Part shown: positions 29,601-37,477 of the stretch, in pieces
How the letters are laid out: the number at the start of each line of letters is the position of its first letter
Position numbering within the stretch: position 1 is the stretch's first letter
Source of the DNA: a virus
Lineage: Duplodnaviria; Heunggongvirae; Uroviricota; Caudoviricetes
Virus record (IMG/VR): IMGVR_UViG_3300044673_000278
Location: 187,694 to 251,693 of that record
DNA length: 64,000 bases
Reading direction: 5' to 3' (one strand)
Made by a program: the position numbers and the translations under genes
The notes under the pieces: generated by a model
Told to the model about the DNA's origin: nothing
The model's database searches: none
The model's input: the letters and a program-made list of their open reading frames with translations, nothing else

Positions 29601-29674
29601 AATTGAGGAAAAGCTACGAGTGGGACTGGCTGGCCAGTTATGCATTTATAAAAAGAGGGCTAACCAATGACTAA
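26660..29674 (+). CDS. 1004-aa protein with ~8 tandem ~75-aa repeats and a C-terminal GT-A-like domain
   Basis: Repeat unit: DYxWxPDPGDPPYIYVFGNQWxxAExxPTVEYHVPGATERKYM. C-terminal ~300 aa homologous to ORF 9261-10184 (QAWRTAFREAIKLC). Confidence 0.65.
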   Translation: MFDVFYIGTKPNLLPHEQSADSIEHAQSLCRTRFCWIVSYLADLDGWDFLWEPVPWQANFVHVWPSEVEGYAAVQLVPKNVVTLEYHYHNTVVPSKSRPENYCTLVDSEFDYNWLPSPWDPPYIYVFGNQHWPAEVQPTVEYHVPGATERKYMEWPVAQLKPCRNNWLLNENIDEESWDWSWRPDPGDPPYIYVFGNQWNPPEYKTSVEYHVPGATERKYMGARTQRLPNYGNNWRVLLSVEEFDYSWEPNPFDPPYIYVFGNQWYSAEVEPTVEYHVPGATERKYVHDIAARVQANSLNYYQHCAVESFDYSWHPDPGEPPYIYVFGNQWYPAEIMPTVEYRVPGATERKYMDAPRATLPQRHDNRWHTLEDCEWDYSWVPDPGDPPYIYVFGNQWWPAEKWPTVTYTVPGATERKYMQEPVAKLLSNTQNWISLTDRQFAFDYSWQPDPGDSPYRYVFGNQWHSAEVMPTVQWLHPNADKNTPIKYIDWPRAELLPDSTLWTLPAGVNPASVDFSWVPDPGEPPYIYQFATQHQKTGGPVYTVPGATEIKYLEHVEVKVEAETVPIVEIDHLDGNAGQIANVVKRVRYFDNYRDTLIRIAKSLVGQHEFVWVCSSICDYTGFDFTWHPEKWQNTMLHVFASNDQKFGDTFYMHVPTFAERAEKKALLEWYAVNYVPRKSVPRRPMPVIEHTADSHVDAVKNTDWAGPVALFSTNGVPFTLPTVPLWREEVKTIVPLSAGASAVIVPKVAKGSVKTQLYDYPYIDKTQSKRHGDQPLDIVFISNGEASADKNYRRLEDSKYNRNNRLMRVDRVNGRAAAYHAAARVSTTPWFFAVFAKLDVRMDFPWDWQPDRMQQPKHYIFHAFNPVTGLEYGHQAMIAYNRDLVLNNPGVGLDFTLDSAHEVVPINSGTAWYTDTPWQAWRTAFREAIKLCASMPDVESEYRLNAWLNNGDGWNGDWSRHGAADGVEYYQQVNGDFAELRKSYEWDWLASYAFIKRGLTND

Positions 29675-30332
29675 GCATTTTTCGGAATCAGAATTTATTT
29701 TAAATTTTGGTGACAGTTGGGCACATGGCGGCGATGTTGAACGAGATCAACGATATTGTTATTTGTTGTCGTGTAGTTTGAGAAAACAGTTAAAAGACTA
29801 CAGTGTATCTAGTAGTAGTGCTGGCAACATGATTTTACAGTTGCAGGAATTTTTAAACAACGATTACGATCCTAATCATAGTTACACTGCTTTGTTTTTT
29901 GTAACTGCACAGGAAAGACAGTTGTTGTTTGACAAACAAGGTCGTCCGGTTGATTTATCACCGCAATCAGATAGCGAATACTATCTAAAGTACTACAACA
30001 ATCGACTGGGCAATTTTTCTCTCAACAACACCTTGATTACTTTGCAAGCAATGTGCCGCAGATACAAAATCAATGATTACTATTTGTTGGGCTGGCAGTT
30101 GCCCACACTGTGGCACGAAGTAGACGTTACCAAATTTTATGATCATGCACAGAGTAATGCGTTAAACATGATGGCCGGTCCAGACGCACCCAGCTTGATC
30201 GATTTAATGACGCAGGGCCATCGTTGTTTGGTGTCGCCTACCAATGGGCATCCTAGCAAAGAGGGGCATAGGATGATCTATGAGCACTGGCTCAAGTGGA
30301 TACAGCAACCGCGGCCAGAACTTGATCGCTGA
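29667..30332 (+). CDS. SGNH/GDSL-family hydrolase-like protein
   Basis: N-terminal ILNFGDSWAHGG is a GDSx block I motif. Confidence 0.45.
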   Translation: MTKHFSESEFILNFGDSWAHGGDVERDQRYCYLLSCSLRKQLKDYSVSSSSAGNMILQLQEFLNNDYDPNHSYTALFFVTAQERQLLFDKQGRPVDLSPQSDSEYYLKYYNNRLGNFSLNNTLITLQAMCRRYKINDYYLLGWQLPTLWHEVDVTKFYDHAQSNALNMMAGPDAPSLIDLMTQGHRCLVSPTNGHPSKEGHRMIYEHWLKWIQQPRPELDR

Positions 30333-31407
30333 TGTATTCAACTTCAAGGTCTGTGAGTTCAGGGTACAGTGGCAAACTGAGAACTCTACGTGCTAGACTG
30401 GAACTCACAGCCAACATGTCGGGACCCGGCCACTGACGGTATACATCAATCTCGTGTATGGGACGCTCGTAATGCACACGAGTTTCAATCTTGCGATCTG
30501 CTAGCTTTTGTTTGACAGTATCACGACGGTCAATGTCAATCACAAACTTGTGATGTGCATGATTATGTGCGTTGCCTTCGTCGATCAAACAGCGTATCTT
30601 TGATCTATTGTCAAAACGTTCGCGCCAGTAATCTGATATTTTTGCACGCCGCGCCTGCCATTGATCAATGTATTGAGTTTTGACTAACATGGTAGCACAA
30701 TCTATTTCGCTCATGCGACTGTTGGTACCTGCATAGCCGTGCGTGGGTTTGCCGTTGTCTCTCCACGCCCTGGCAAATTCTGCAAGATCCAAACTGTCTG
30801 TGACCACAGCACCACCGTTGCCATAACAGCTTAGATTTTTCATGGGATCAAAACTGATAGCAGCAGCATCGCCTATGCGTTGGCAGTCATTGGACAACCA
30901 GTGTTGTGCAGCATCTTCGATCACAATGGTATTGGTAGCAACCCAGTGGTTCCAGGATCGCACATGTGCAGAATGTGTGATTGATTTGCCGTAAAGCCCT
31001 ACCAGCACCACAGCATCGTATTCTACCAACTGCGGAAACTTAGTATCGTCCATGATGCCATATGCATCGGTGTCAATAAAGTGAAGATCCCAGCCAGCAC
31101 GGATAAAAGCATTGGCAGTGGCCACGTAGGTAAAACTGGGCATGAACACTCTGGGGTGTTTGGCCAACTGTGTTGCCCAATACTCTGCAATGATTTCCAA
31201 GGCCTGTGTGCCCGAGTGGCAGGTCACAGCATACTTCACACGGTTCCGTTTGGCAAGCCAGTGCTCAAACTCCACAGTGTTGTTGCCGTTCATGAGAGCA
31301 CCTGAACGCAACACTTCATCGGTTGCGTTCAGTACTTGATCTCTCAGTGTGTTATACTGTTTTCGGAGACCAGTAAACGGAATTGTCAAGCCAGTCATAG
31401 TAGGCAC
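30292..31407 (-). CDS. DegT/DnrJ/EryC1/StrS-family PLP-dependent sugar aminotransferase
   Basis: Family-typical N-terminus. FDPMKNLSCYGNGGAV contains the PLP-binding Lys. 371 aa. Confidence 0.7.
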   Translation of the reverse strand: MPTMTGLTIPFTGLRKQYNTLRDQVLNATDEVLRSGALMNGNNTVEFEHWLAKRNRVKYAVTCHSGTQALEIIAEYWATQLAKHPRVFMPSFTYVATANAFIRAGWDLHFIDTDAYGIMDDTKFPQLVEYDAVVLVGLYGKSITHSAHVRSWNHWVATNTIVIEDAAQHWLSNDCQRIGDAAAISFDPMKNLSCYGNGGAVVTDSLDLAEFARAWRDNGKPTHGYAGTNSRMSEIDCATMLVKTQYIDQWQARRAKISDYWRERFDNRSKIRCLIDEGNAHNHAHHKFVIDIDRRDTVKQKLADRKIETRVHYERPIHEIDVYRQWPGPDMLAVSSSLARRVLSLPLYPELTDLEVEYISDQVLAAVAVST

Positions 31408-32323
31408 GGAAACCTTCTTTCACATCAACTTTGGGATCGTAACCAAGAATGGTACGAGCACGATCAATATTTAAGGCTCCGCGGCTGGGGAAGTCTTGAT
31501 CTCGATCTTGCACTTCAATGGTACCTTTGCCCACCATCTCTACAATCATTTCAGCAGCTTCCAGCAAGCTTACACTGTGAGATTTAGTGATGTTGTAGGT
31601 ATTGTTACGTGCCATAATCCGCGTAGCCGCAGCCACAATACCATCAGCTGCATCATCAACATACGTGAAGTCCAAAGTTTCTCCCGCTCCGTTGACTCGT
31701 AGCACACCACCACGCATTGCAGTGAGCATAAATTTTGCAACAACACGATCCTCCACATCCAAAGGACCGTATACCGCTGACGGGCGGATAATAACGTATT
31801 CCATACCAGTTCTGCGAGCATAGTCTTTGACAAGCCATTCTCCTGACAGTTTCATGATACCGTACTGTCCTTGCGGATTGCACGTATCATCTTCCAGCAC
31901 TTGATCTTCAAAGTCACCGTAGACCATAGAGCTAGAAATGTACACAAAGCGTTCTACTTTGTGTTTTTTGGCACTCTCGAGAAGATTGATCAATCCACGC
32001 ATCATGACTTCTGCGCCCCAACTGGGGTTGGCATTGACTACTTTTTGTCTAGGAAAACTAGCACAGTGAATGATCACTTCGGGCTTTTCTTTTTCTACAA
32101 TGGTGTCAATTTCGTACCCATCAGTAATGCACTGCTGATAATGAGTGTGAGGTTGCAGCTTCTTAAGACGCTCTGCCATAAGGTAATCGATCTCGCCTTG
32201 TGGGATAATACCATAGGTGGTGTGCGTGTCAATCACTGCCACAGTTTCGTCACGGCCTTGTAGTCGAGCCACAACATTGTGACCAATCAATCCGTGTCCG
32301 CCTGTTACTAAAAATTTACTCAT
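31352..32323 (-). CDS. NAD-dependent NDP-sugar epimerase/4,6-dehydratase (extended SDR)
   Basis: VTGGHGLIGHNV Rossmann motif, YISSSMVYG and YGIMK (YxxxK). Confidence 0.7.
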   Translation of the reverse strand: MSKFLVTGGHGLIGHNVVARLQGRDETVAVIDTHTTYGIIPQGEIDYLMAERLKKLQPHTHYQQCITDGYEIDTIVEKEKPEVIIHCASFPRQKVVNANPSWGAEVMMRGLINLLESAKKHKVERFVYISSSMVYGDFEDQVLEDDTCNPQGQYGIMKLSGEWLVKDYARRTGMEYVIIRPSAVYGPLDVEDRVVAKFMLTAMRGGVLRVNGAGETLDFTYVDDAADGIVAAATRIMARNNTYNITKSHSVSLLEAAEMIVEMVGKGTIEVQDRDQDFPSRGALNIDRARTILGYDPKVDVKEGFRAYYDWLDNSVYWSPKTV

Positions 32324-32655
32324 TTGTTTTTACCCCATTTAAGTCGCCAAAATACTTCGTCCTGTTCGCTGAGCCTGGCCATGATTCTAACACGATACCC
32401 ATAAGCGTTTATATCCATGTGTTGTAGATAGTAAGGTTGGGTAGCAGCATGCTCCATAACCCAGCATCCTGATTCGCTTTGCTGCCATTCCCAAATTGGT
32501 GCAGCAGCATAGATGTCAGGGTCATCGACGTCGCCTAACAGGAATTCATGCACACATACGTCACGAAAACGCACTGCGCGATCTCCAATGATTTTTACTT
32601 CTTCGGGTCGCCAGTGCGAATATTCTGCTGGTGCGTGTCGTTGAATCAAAGCCAT
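32320..32655 (-). CDS. Hypothetical protein (111 aa), cupin/sugar-epimerase-like?
   Basis: ORF overlapping the upstream stop. Its position between the dehydratase and thyX is compatible with a small sugar 3,5-epimerase, but no motif was verified. Confidence 0.35.
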   Translation of the reverse strand: MALIQRHAPAEYSHWRPEEVKIIGDRAVRFRDVCVHEFLLGDVDDPDIYAAAPIWEWQQSESGCWVMEHAATQPYYLQHMDINAYGYRVRIMARLSEQDEVFWRLKWGKNK

Positions 32656-32675
32656 ACCTTAGTATAGCAGATTGA

Positions 32676-33368
32676 TCAGTCCTTTGCAATCATATCGGTT
32701 GCCATGGGAAAGATTTTGGCAATGACTTCTGCACAGGCTCTGGCAATCAACATGTGTTCTTTTTGTGTGCCGTTGCCCGAACGCAGCTCAATAAAGTGAA
32801 TCCAACTACGCAGTGTACCATTCATGTACATGCGGCTCACAGTAAGACCTTCGGGCAGCACAGCACGGGCTTGTTCTTTGGCAATGCCATTTTTAATAGC
32901 CCAGGCATACTCTTGTTTCACTGAGAACAACACACGTTGTTGAGCACGTTCCCATTCGTAGGCCAGTAGACGTTGTTCTTGATTGTCTTGATCAAGCTCT
33001 ACACTGTTTTGTCGATTCTTGAGGTCCTGGAATCGAGCCTCACGTAGCACAAACGCTTGGTCAAGCTCAGCTGTAGGATCAGCATATCGCTGGGAAAACT
33101 CTTGGAAGCTGAAACTTCTGTGACGTAGAATCTGTCGGGCAATGTCACGGGTGGTGGTGATTTCACAACAGGCCGAGACCATTTCCAACGGGCTCCAATG
33201 CTTGTGCCGAACCAGGTATCGAATAAGTTTTTCGCTTGTTTCGGTATTGAATTGGTTGGCTGGATTGGACACACGGGCGCAATAGGCGATGAGTTCTTGG
33301 GCGTCGTCGATTCCCAGCTCTGCAAATGTCTCGGTGGGTTGGCTGTAGGATACAAGTTTAACATCCAT
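32676..33368 (-). CDS. thyX: FAD-dependent thymidylate synthase ThyX
   Basis: ThyX signature RHRSFSFQEFSQRY (RHR-x7-S). 230 aa. Confidence 0.8.
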   Translation of the reverse strand: MDVKLVSYSQPTETFAELGIDDAQELIAYCARVSNPANQFNTETSEKLIRYLVRHKHWSPLEMVSACCEITTTRDIARQILRHRSFSFQEFSQRYADPTAELDQAFVLREARFQDLKNRQNSVELDQDNQEQRLLAYEWERAQQRVLFSVKQEYAWAIKNGIAKEQARAVLPEGLTVSRMYMNGTLRSWIHFIELRSGNGTQKEHMLIARACAEVIAKIFPMATDMIAKD

Positions 33369-33369
33369 G

Positions 33370-33711
33370 TTACTTTAGTTTCTCTAAAATTTTATCAGTT
33401 TCGGGTTGGACAATTTCTGCGACCAAAGCAGCGTCAACAATGAATTCAATGTCGCGTACTTGGCCATCTAGCTCTAGCAGAGTTCGAGTAAGGACTGTTT
33501 CGATTTCTTCGATATCCAGTCCTTGCTTTCGTAGGGTATCAAGATTGATGGTTCGCTGTCGCTTACCATACATTTTAATGATTATTTTTTTAAGGCACTC
33601 AAGTGGGACTTCAGTCTTGGGTGCTTCCTTGATTAAATGTTCCCACTTGTCGAAAAATTCATCACTGAACAGCATTAGCAGCCACCGCTTTGCTCTTGGC
33701 TGGACGTCCAC
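33370..33711 (-). CDS. Hypothetical protein
   Basis: 113-aa ORF. The 5' end overlaps the upstream gene by 50 nt, so the true start is uncertain; an internal ATG at 33675 is possible. Confidence 0.4.
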   Translation of the reverse strand: MDVQPRAKRWLLMLFSDEFFDKWEHLIKEAPKTEVPLECLKKIIIKMYGKRQRTINLDTLRKQGLDIEEIETVLTRTLLELDGQVRDIEFIVDAALVAEIVQPETDKILEKLK

Positions 33712-34414
33712 GACGTGTGGCTTTTTCTACGGGTGCAGGTTCTTCGGCCGCTGGGGCAGCAGTTTCCTTGGGTACTACACCTGGGTGCATGCGCTCGGCT
33801 TCCTTTTTCATGCGGGCAGCTTCGGCAATCATGCCACGTGCTTCTTGCTCCATGCGCTTGGCTTGTGCAACCATGTTGGCAGCCAGAGCCTTGTCATCTA
33901 GAGCACTGTTGGCATCGGCTTGCATGGGAGGCAGTCCCTTTTGTGCTCGTGCAGCTTCCTCTTCAAGACGGCGGCGCTTGAACTCGCGCTCTTGTTCACG
34001 CTTGACAGCAGGATCGACCAAGCCAGAGTTGGCATCCAGCTCTTGCATACGCTTGCGAGCATCTTCACCGCTTTCCATTTCCTTGACCAGTCGGTTCAGT
34101 TCGTCCAGCTTGACAGAGCTAGCAGGTGTGGGAGTAACAATGACTTGATTGGTACTGACTTTCTTCAGCATGCCTTCGCGGTGCAATGCTTCCAGAATAG
34201 GGCGACCATCGGGCAGCAGGTTGCGATGCAGAGCATTGGCCAACACAGATTCTGCTTGACCCACTGGGCTCTCGATCACACGCATCACTGTGTCGTGAAT
34301 GTGTGTGGGCAGTACATCGGGATAAATCACAAGGCACATGTGTTCTTCGCCGGGGATTTCTCTAAAAATAATAGCAACCTTGCGGTCGCCGTGTCTTCCA
34401 ACATGTTTAAGCAT
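33662..34414 (-). CDS. Hypothetical protein with an Ala/Glu/Arg-rich coiled C-terminal half
   Basis: Start set to MLKHVG (ATG at 34414) preceded by AAGGAG and overlapping the upstream stop. The plus-strand ORFs across the same region are low-complexity mirror artefacts. Confidence 0.5.
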   Translation of the reverse strand: MLKHVGRHGDRKVAIIFREIPGEEHMCLVIYPDVLPTHIHDTVMRVIESPVGQAESVLANALHRNLLPDGRPILEALHREGMLKKVSTNQVIVTPTPASSVKLDELNRLVKEMESGEDARKRMQELDANSGLVDPAVKREQEREFKRRRLEEEAARAQKGLPPMQADANSALDDKALAANMVAQAKRMEQEARGMIAEAARMKKEAERMHPGVVPKETAAPAAEEPAPVEKATRRGRPAKSKAVAANAVQ

Positions 34415-34607
34415 TTTGATCTCCTTGTGCTTGTTGTTGCTGCTGACGCAGTTGTTCGGCACTGACTTCTAAGAACTTAGAAAGCTTGTCGTACAATGCG
34501 CCCACTTGACTCATTTCATTGACTTTGAATACGCCACGATTGGCGGCAAGTTCAATAAGTGCTTTGATACTGGCCATATCGGCCACTGTGAGTTGAACGT
34601 TTTCCAT
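34407..34607 (-). CDS. Hypothetical small protein
   Basis: 66 aa. Translationally coupled to the downstream gene. Confidence 0.45.
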   Translation of the reverse strand: MENVQLTVADMASIKALIELAANRGVFKVNEMSQVGALYDKLSKFLEVSAEQLRQQQQQAQGDQNA

Positions 34608-34672
34608 GCAGATATTTACTGTGCAAATGCCTGTGGAAATTATTTCTCACGGTGGTTTTGGCAAAATTGAGA

Positions 34673-34951
34673 TTACTTGTAGACTTTAACGTCGCGGTGT
34701 TTGACAAAAATCACAGTGTGAACTTGATCTTTGAACTTGATTGGGAGATCAACATGTACGCTGATGCGCGGACCTTCGAGTTCGCTGATCACTGTGTCGT
34801 TGCCCACAGTGCCCACAAACGGAATTTTATTCCACTTGCCAATCACTCGATCGCCAATTTGGTACACAGGTTTGTAACCTATGCGATTGAAGTAATCAGT
34901 TTGATTGCCCATTACTGCAACCGAATTTTGGACAGTTTGTAGTTGATCCAA
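34673..34951 (-). CDS. Hypothetical small protein
   Basis: 92 aa. Confidence 0.4.
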   Translation of the reverse strand: MDQLQTVQNSVAVMGNQTDYFNRIGYKPVYQIGDRVIGKWNKIPFVGTVGNDTVISELEGPRISVHVDLPIKFKDQVHTVIFVKHRDVKVYK

Positions 34952-35130
34952 ATCAGCACTGCTTGAACCACGGCCCAGGTGTATTCTTGTTTGACAAGGT
35001 TGTCAAGCATTCCAAATGCCAGCCAGCCAATGATAAACCAAGTGATAGCGTCTTGGTTACGCACGTACCAGTTTCTAAATTGTGTCATCATAGTTTTCTT
35101 TCGTGTACCAGCTGTTCGAATGTGCTCCAC
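34912..35130 (-). CDS. Hypothetical small membrane protein
   Basis: 72 aa with one hydrophobic helix (FIIGWLAFGML). Confidence 0.4.
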   Translation of the reverse strand: MEHIRTAGTRKKTMMTQFRNWYVRNQDAITWFIIGWLAFGMLDNLVKQEYTWAVVQAVLIWINYKLSKIRLQ

Positions 35131-35300
35131 AGTCGATCAAACTTCTTTTCGTAGTATGCAGCCAGTGTCTTGAAATCTTCTACGCTAGAACCTTGCTCAA
35201 TGAACATAGTGATGTCATTGGTCACTTTCCAGCACTCAAGAATTTCCTGTTCGAGATCAAAACGACTGCGAGTCGTTGTTTCAGTGTTTTCGCCACTCAT
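35088..35300 (-). CDS. Hypothetical small protein
   Basis: 70 aa. Confidence 0.4.
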   Translation of the reverse strand: MSGENTETTTRSRFDLEQEILECWKVTNDITMFIEQGSSVEDFKTLAAYYEKKFDRLWSTFEQLVHERKL

Positions 35301-35496
35301 TTTGTGCTACCTTTGCTTCGTGCCAAATTTTCTTTAGGATCGCCCATATAGGGTATGCGAAGTATCCAAATGCAAACCCATAGATAAACGGTCCCAGTGC
35401 ATTTAAAAAGTCCGTCATACAATCTTTCCAATACCGTACCAGATCAGCTGATCCAGTTCGTGCTGATAGTCCCGGCCTTCTCTGCGCTTGATCCAA
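35281..35496 (-). CDS. Hypothetical small membrane protein
   Basis: 71 aa with a hydrophobic segment (FIYGFAFGYFAYPIWAIL). Confidence 0.4.
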   Translation of the reverse strand: MDQAQRRPGLSARTGSADLVRYWKDCMTDFLNALGPFIYGFAFGYFAYPIWAILKKIWHEAKVAQNEWRKH

Positions 35497-35645
35497 ACCT
35501 GTGTCAACAACTCACGCATTGAATCACCGTCAATGTATTTGCTGTTAAGGTCCAGCCCACGGCGTTCCATTTCTTCAATGAGATCATCGTCGTCAAAGCT
35601 GTCAAGATCAACGTCTACTTCAACTTCAGTGTATACCGTGGGCAT
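35415..35645 (-). CDS. Hypothetical small acidic protein
   Basis: 76 aa. Confidence 0.4.
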   Translation of the reverse strand: MPTVYTEVEVDVDLDSFDDDDLIEEMERRGLDLNSKYIDGDSMRELLTQVWIKRREGRDYQHELDQLIWYGIGKIV

Positions 35646-35655
35646 TTGGCACTCC

Positions 35656-36450
35656 TTACTTGGGCAGCATCAAGCTGGTCATGTTGCTAGGCACAACGAT
35701 AGTCTGAACCTTGCCGTTCTTAATACCTTCTGAGATGTTAAGAGCAGCCTGAGCATTCATGAATGCAATGGAACTGGCTGAGTTGTTAGCCAGAGCAGCC
35801 ATACGGCGTGCTTCTGCTTCAGCAGTCTTGACTTCAACTTCTTTCTGCTTGAGCTCGTTCTTGGCACGAACCAGTTCGTTGGCGCTGGCCACCACACTGT
35901 CAGCTGGCATGACATTACGAATCATAACTTGGCTGATAGTAATACTACCGTCCAGTTTTTCTTCAGCAAGGTTGCGAGTGATTTCATCCTTGATAAAGTT
36001 TTCCATGTCAGTGCGATTGTCTGCCATGTCCAATGCTTCGTACTTACGTGCAGCCTTGTAGATAGCATTGCGAGCGTTCTGAACGATGTAATTGTACATC
36101 AGGTAAACGTCGCCCTTGTGTTCTGCGTGGAACGATTTGTTCTTGGTGCTATACAGTTCAGCAACCTGGTTCTGGTTGATGTTGTACACAACCACAGCAT
36201 CCAAATCTTTCATGGTACTGTTGTCTTTGGCCACAGGGGTCATATTCTCAAGAGAGACATTGACGTCCTTGACGGGGAAGGTCAACACATCACCAACAAG
36301 AACCTGATTGAACGAGCCGGGTAGCAGTTCTCCGGACTTGACTTGTTTGTCAAAGCCCACACGCACACCAACTTCGCCAGTTTCAATACGGGTACAGCCA
36401 GTGGCCAGCACAGCAGCGGCCAGGATGGAAAGGGTAGCAAAACGTTTCAT
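35656..36450 (-). CDS. SPFH (band-7/prohibitin/HflC-like) domain lipoprotein
   Basis: Start set to MKRFATLSILAAAVLATGC, a signal peptide with lipobox LATGC. The body has SPFH-like beta/alpha segments and a C-terminal coiled coil (ELVRAKNELKQKEVEVKTAEAEARR). Confidence 0.6.
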   Translation of the reverse strand: MKRFATLSILAAAVLATGCTRIETGEVGVRVGFDKQVKSGELLPGSFNQVLVGDVLTFPVKDVNVSLENMTPVAKDNSTMKDLDAVVVYNINQNQVAELYSTKNKSFHAEHKGDVYLMYNYIVQNARNAIYKAARKYEALDMADNRTDMENFIKDEITRNLAEEKLDGSITISQVMIRNVMPADSVVASANELVRAKNELKQKEVEVKTAEAEARRMAALANNSASSIAFMNAQAALNISEGIKNGKVQTIVVPSNMTSLMLPK

Positions 36451-36547
36451 ATCAAAGAACTCCAGTAGAAAAAAGGAAAAAACAAACCGCAAAGCCCAGT
36501 GCAAAATACAAGGGCCTCAGCCAAAAATCGTTAATCATAACAGTCCT

Positions 36548-36733
36548 TTAGAACATGATTACAACAAAAGAAAGTAGCACACCGGCTACAGCAGAACATA
36601 GTGTAGCATAGGCAACATATTTTGTCAACTGCCACTGCTCCTTTCCAGCTAGACTGCGCCAAGCGGAAATACCAAATCCAATCGCTAAAGAAAGGATCAA
36701 CCACATTAATAGTGCTCGGACCATTATTTGCAC
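36548..36733 (-). CDS. Small membrane protein
   Basis: 61 aa with two hydrophobic helices. Confidence 0.4.
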   Translation of the reverse strand: MQIMVRALLMWLILSLAIGFGISAWRSLAGKEQWQLTKYVAYATLCSAVAGVLLSFVVIMF

Positions 36734-36885
36734 ACCTTTGCAATATCATCTACGGGCATTTTTGCTTCAATAGCAGCGATTCGGCACTGCTGGCGATTGT
36801 AAGTTTCGATGCCTAGACCCACAAACATGCTGCCAAAAAGGCCTACCAATATAACTGCCAACCATTTCATTTCCATATCGACCTC

Positions 36886-37074
36886 TCAAGGATAACTGGG
36901 ATCACGTTCTGCTACCAGCGGAACATTCCGCCACTCGCTCCACTGCATGTTTTTGGCACTGTCAGGAAACGGGCCCAGCCCTGCGTAGACAGTGACATCT
37001 ATTTTTTGCCGGTACTGTAGTCGCTTCTCGCCTTCTACAGGAACAAACCAACGCAGTTCAATCATCACTCCCAC
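36886..37074 (-). CDS. Hypothetical small protein
   Basis: 62 aa. Confidence 0.35.
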   Translation of the reverse strand: MGVMIELRWFVPVEGEKRLQYRQKIDVTVYAGLGPFPDSAKNMQWSEWRNVPLVAERDPSYP

Positions 37075-37295
37075 TCCTGAATTTTAGCATCTGTCATGAT
37101 TTCTGTATCCACTTCGTGGAAGTCGTACTCAACAGGTTCGCCATCCTCGTCCACTTGCTGACGGATAAAGTCGATACGAGCTTGGCGTTTTTCGGCACTG
37201 TCAAAAACTTCGCAAGGTGTGTAGAAGGTGTTCCAGGCCTCGCGATTACCGTAGTCAACATCGTAATACAGCAGATAAAGTTTCATTTTTGGCAC
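37065..37295 (-). CDS. Hypothetical small protein
   Basis: 76 aa, translationally coupled. Confidence 0.4.
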   Translation of the reverse strand: MPKMKLYLLYYDVDYGNREAWNTFYTPCEVFDSAEKRQARIDFIRQQVDEDGEPVEYDFHEVDTEIMTDAKIQEWE

Positions 37296-37477
37296 TCCTT
37301 GCCTAGTTGTTTTTCAGCTTCGGTTTGGCGTTCCCAAAGGATACTTTCGTACCCTTTGTAGAACAGCCATGTGTCGCACACAGCCAGCACACTTAGAAAG
37401 ATCCAAAAACCAAGCCACGCCATGTCACTTCTTCCGTTCTTCTTCGTAGTATGCATGAGCACCCCAGGGCGGAACAA
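37283..37477 (-). CDS. Hypothetical small membrane protein
   Basis: 64 aa with an N-terminal transmembrane segment. Confidence 0.35.
   Translation of the reverse strand: MFRPGVLMHTTKKNGRSDMAWLGFWIFLSVLAVCDTWLFYKGYESILWERQTEAEKQLGKECQK

Noticed and set aside
33690-34465. Plus-strand ORFs 33690-34148, 33715-33981 and 33920-34465
   Set aside because: They are low-complexity Ala/Ser/Arg-rich mirror frames of the minus-strand gene 33662-34414, which has a proper SD and coupling.
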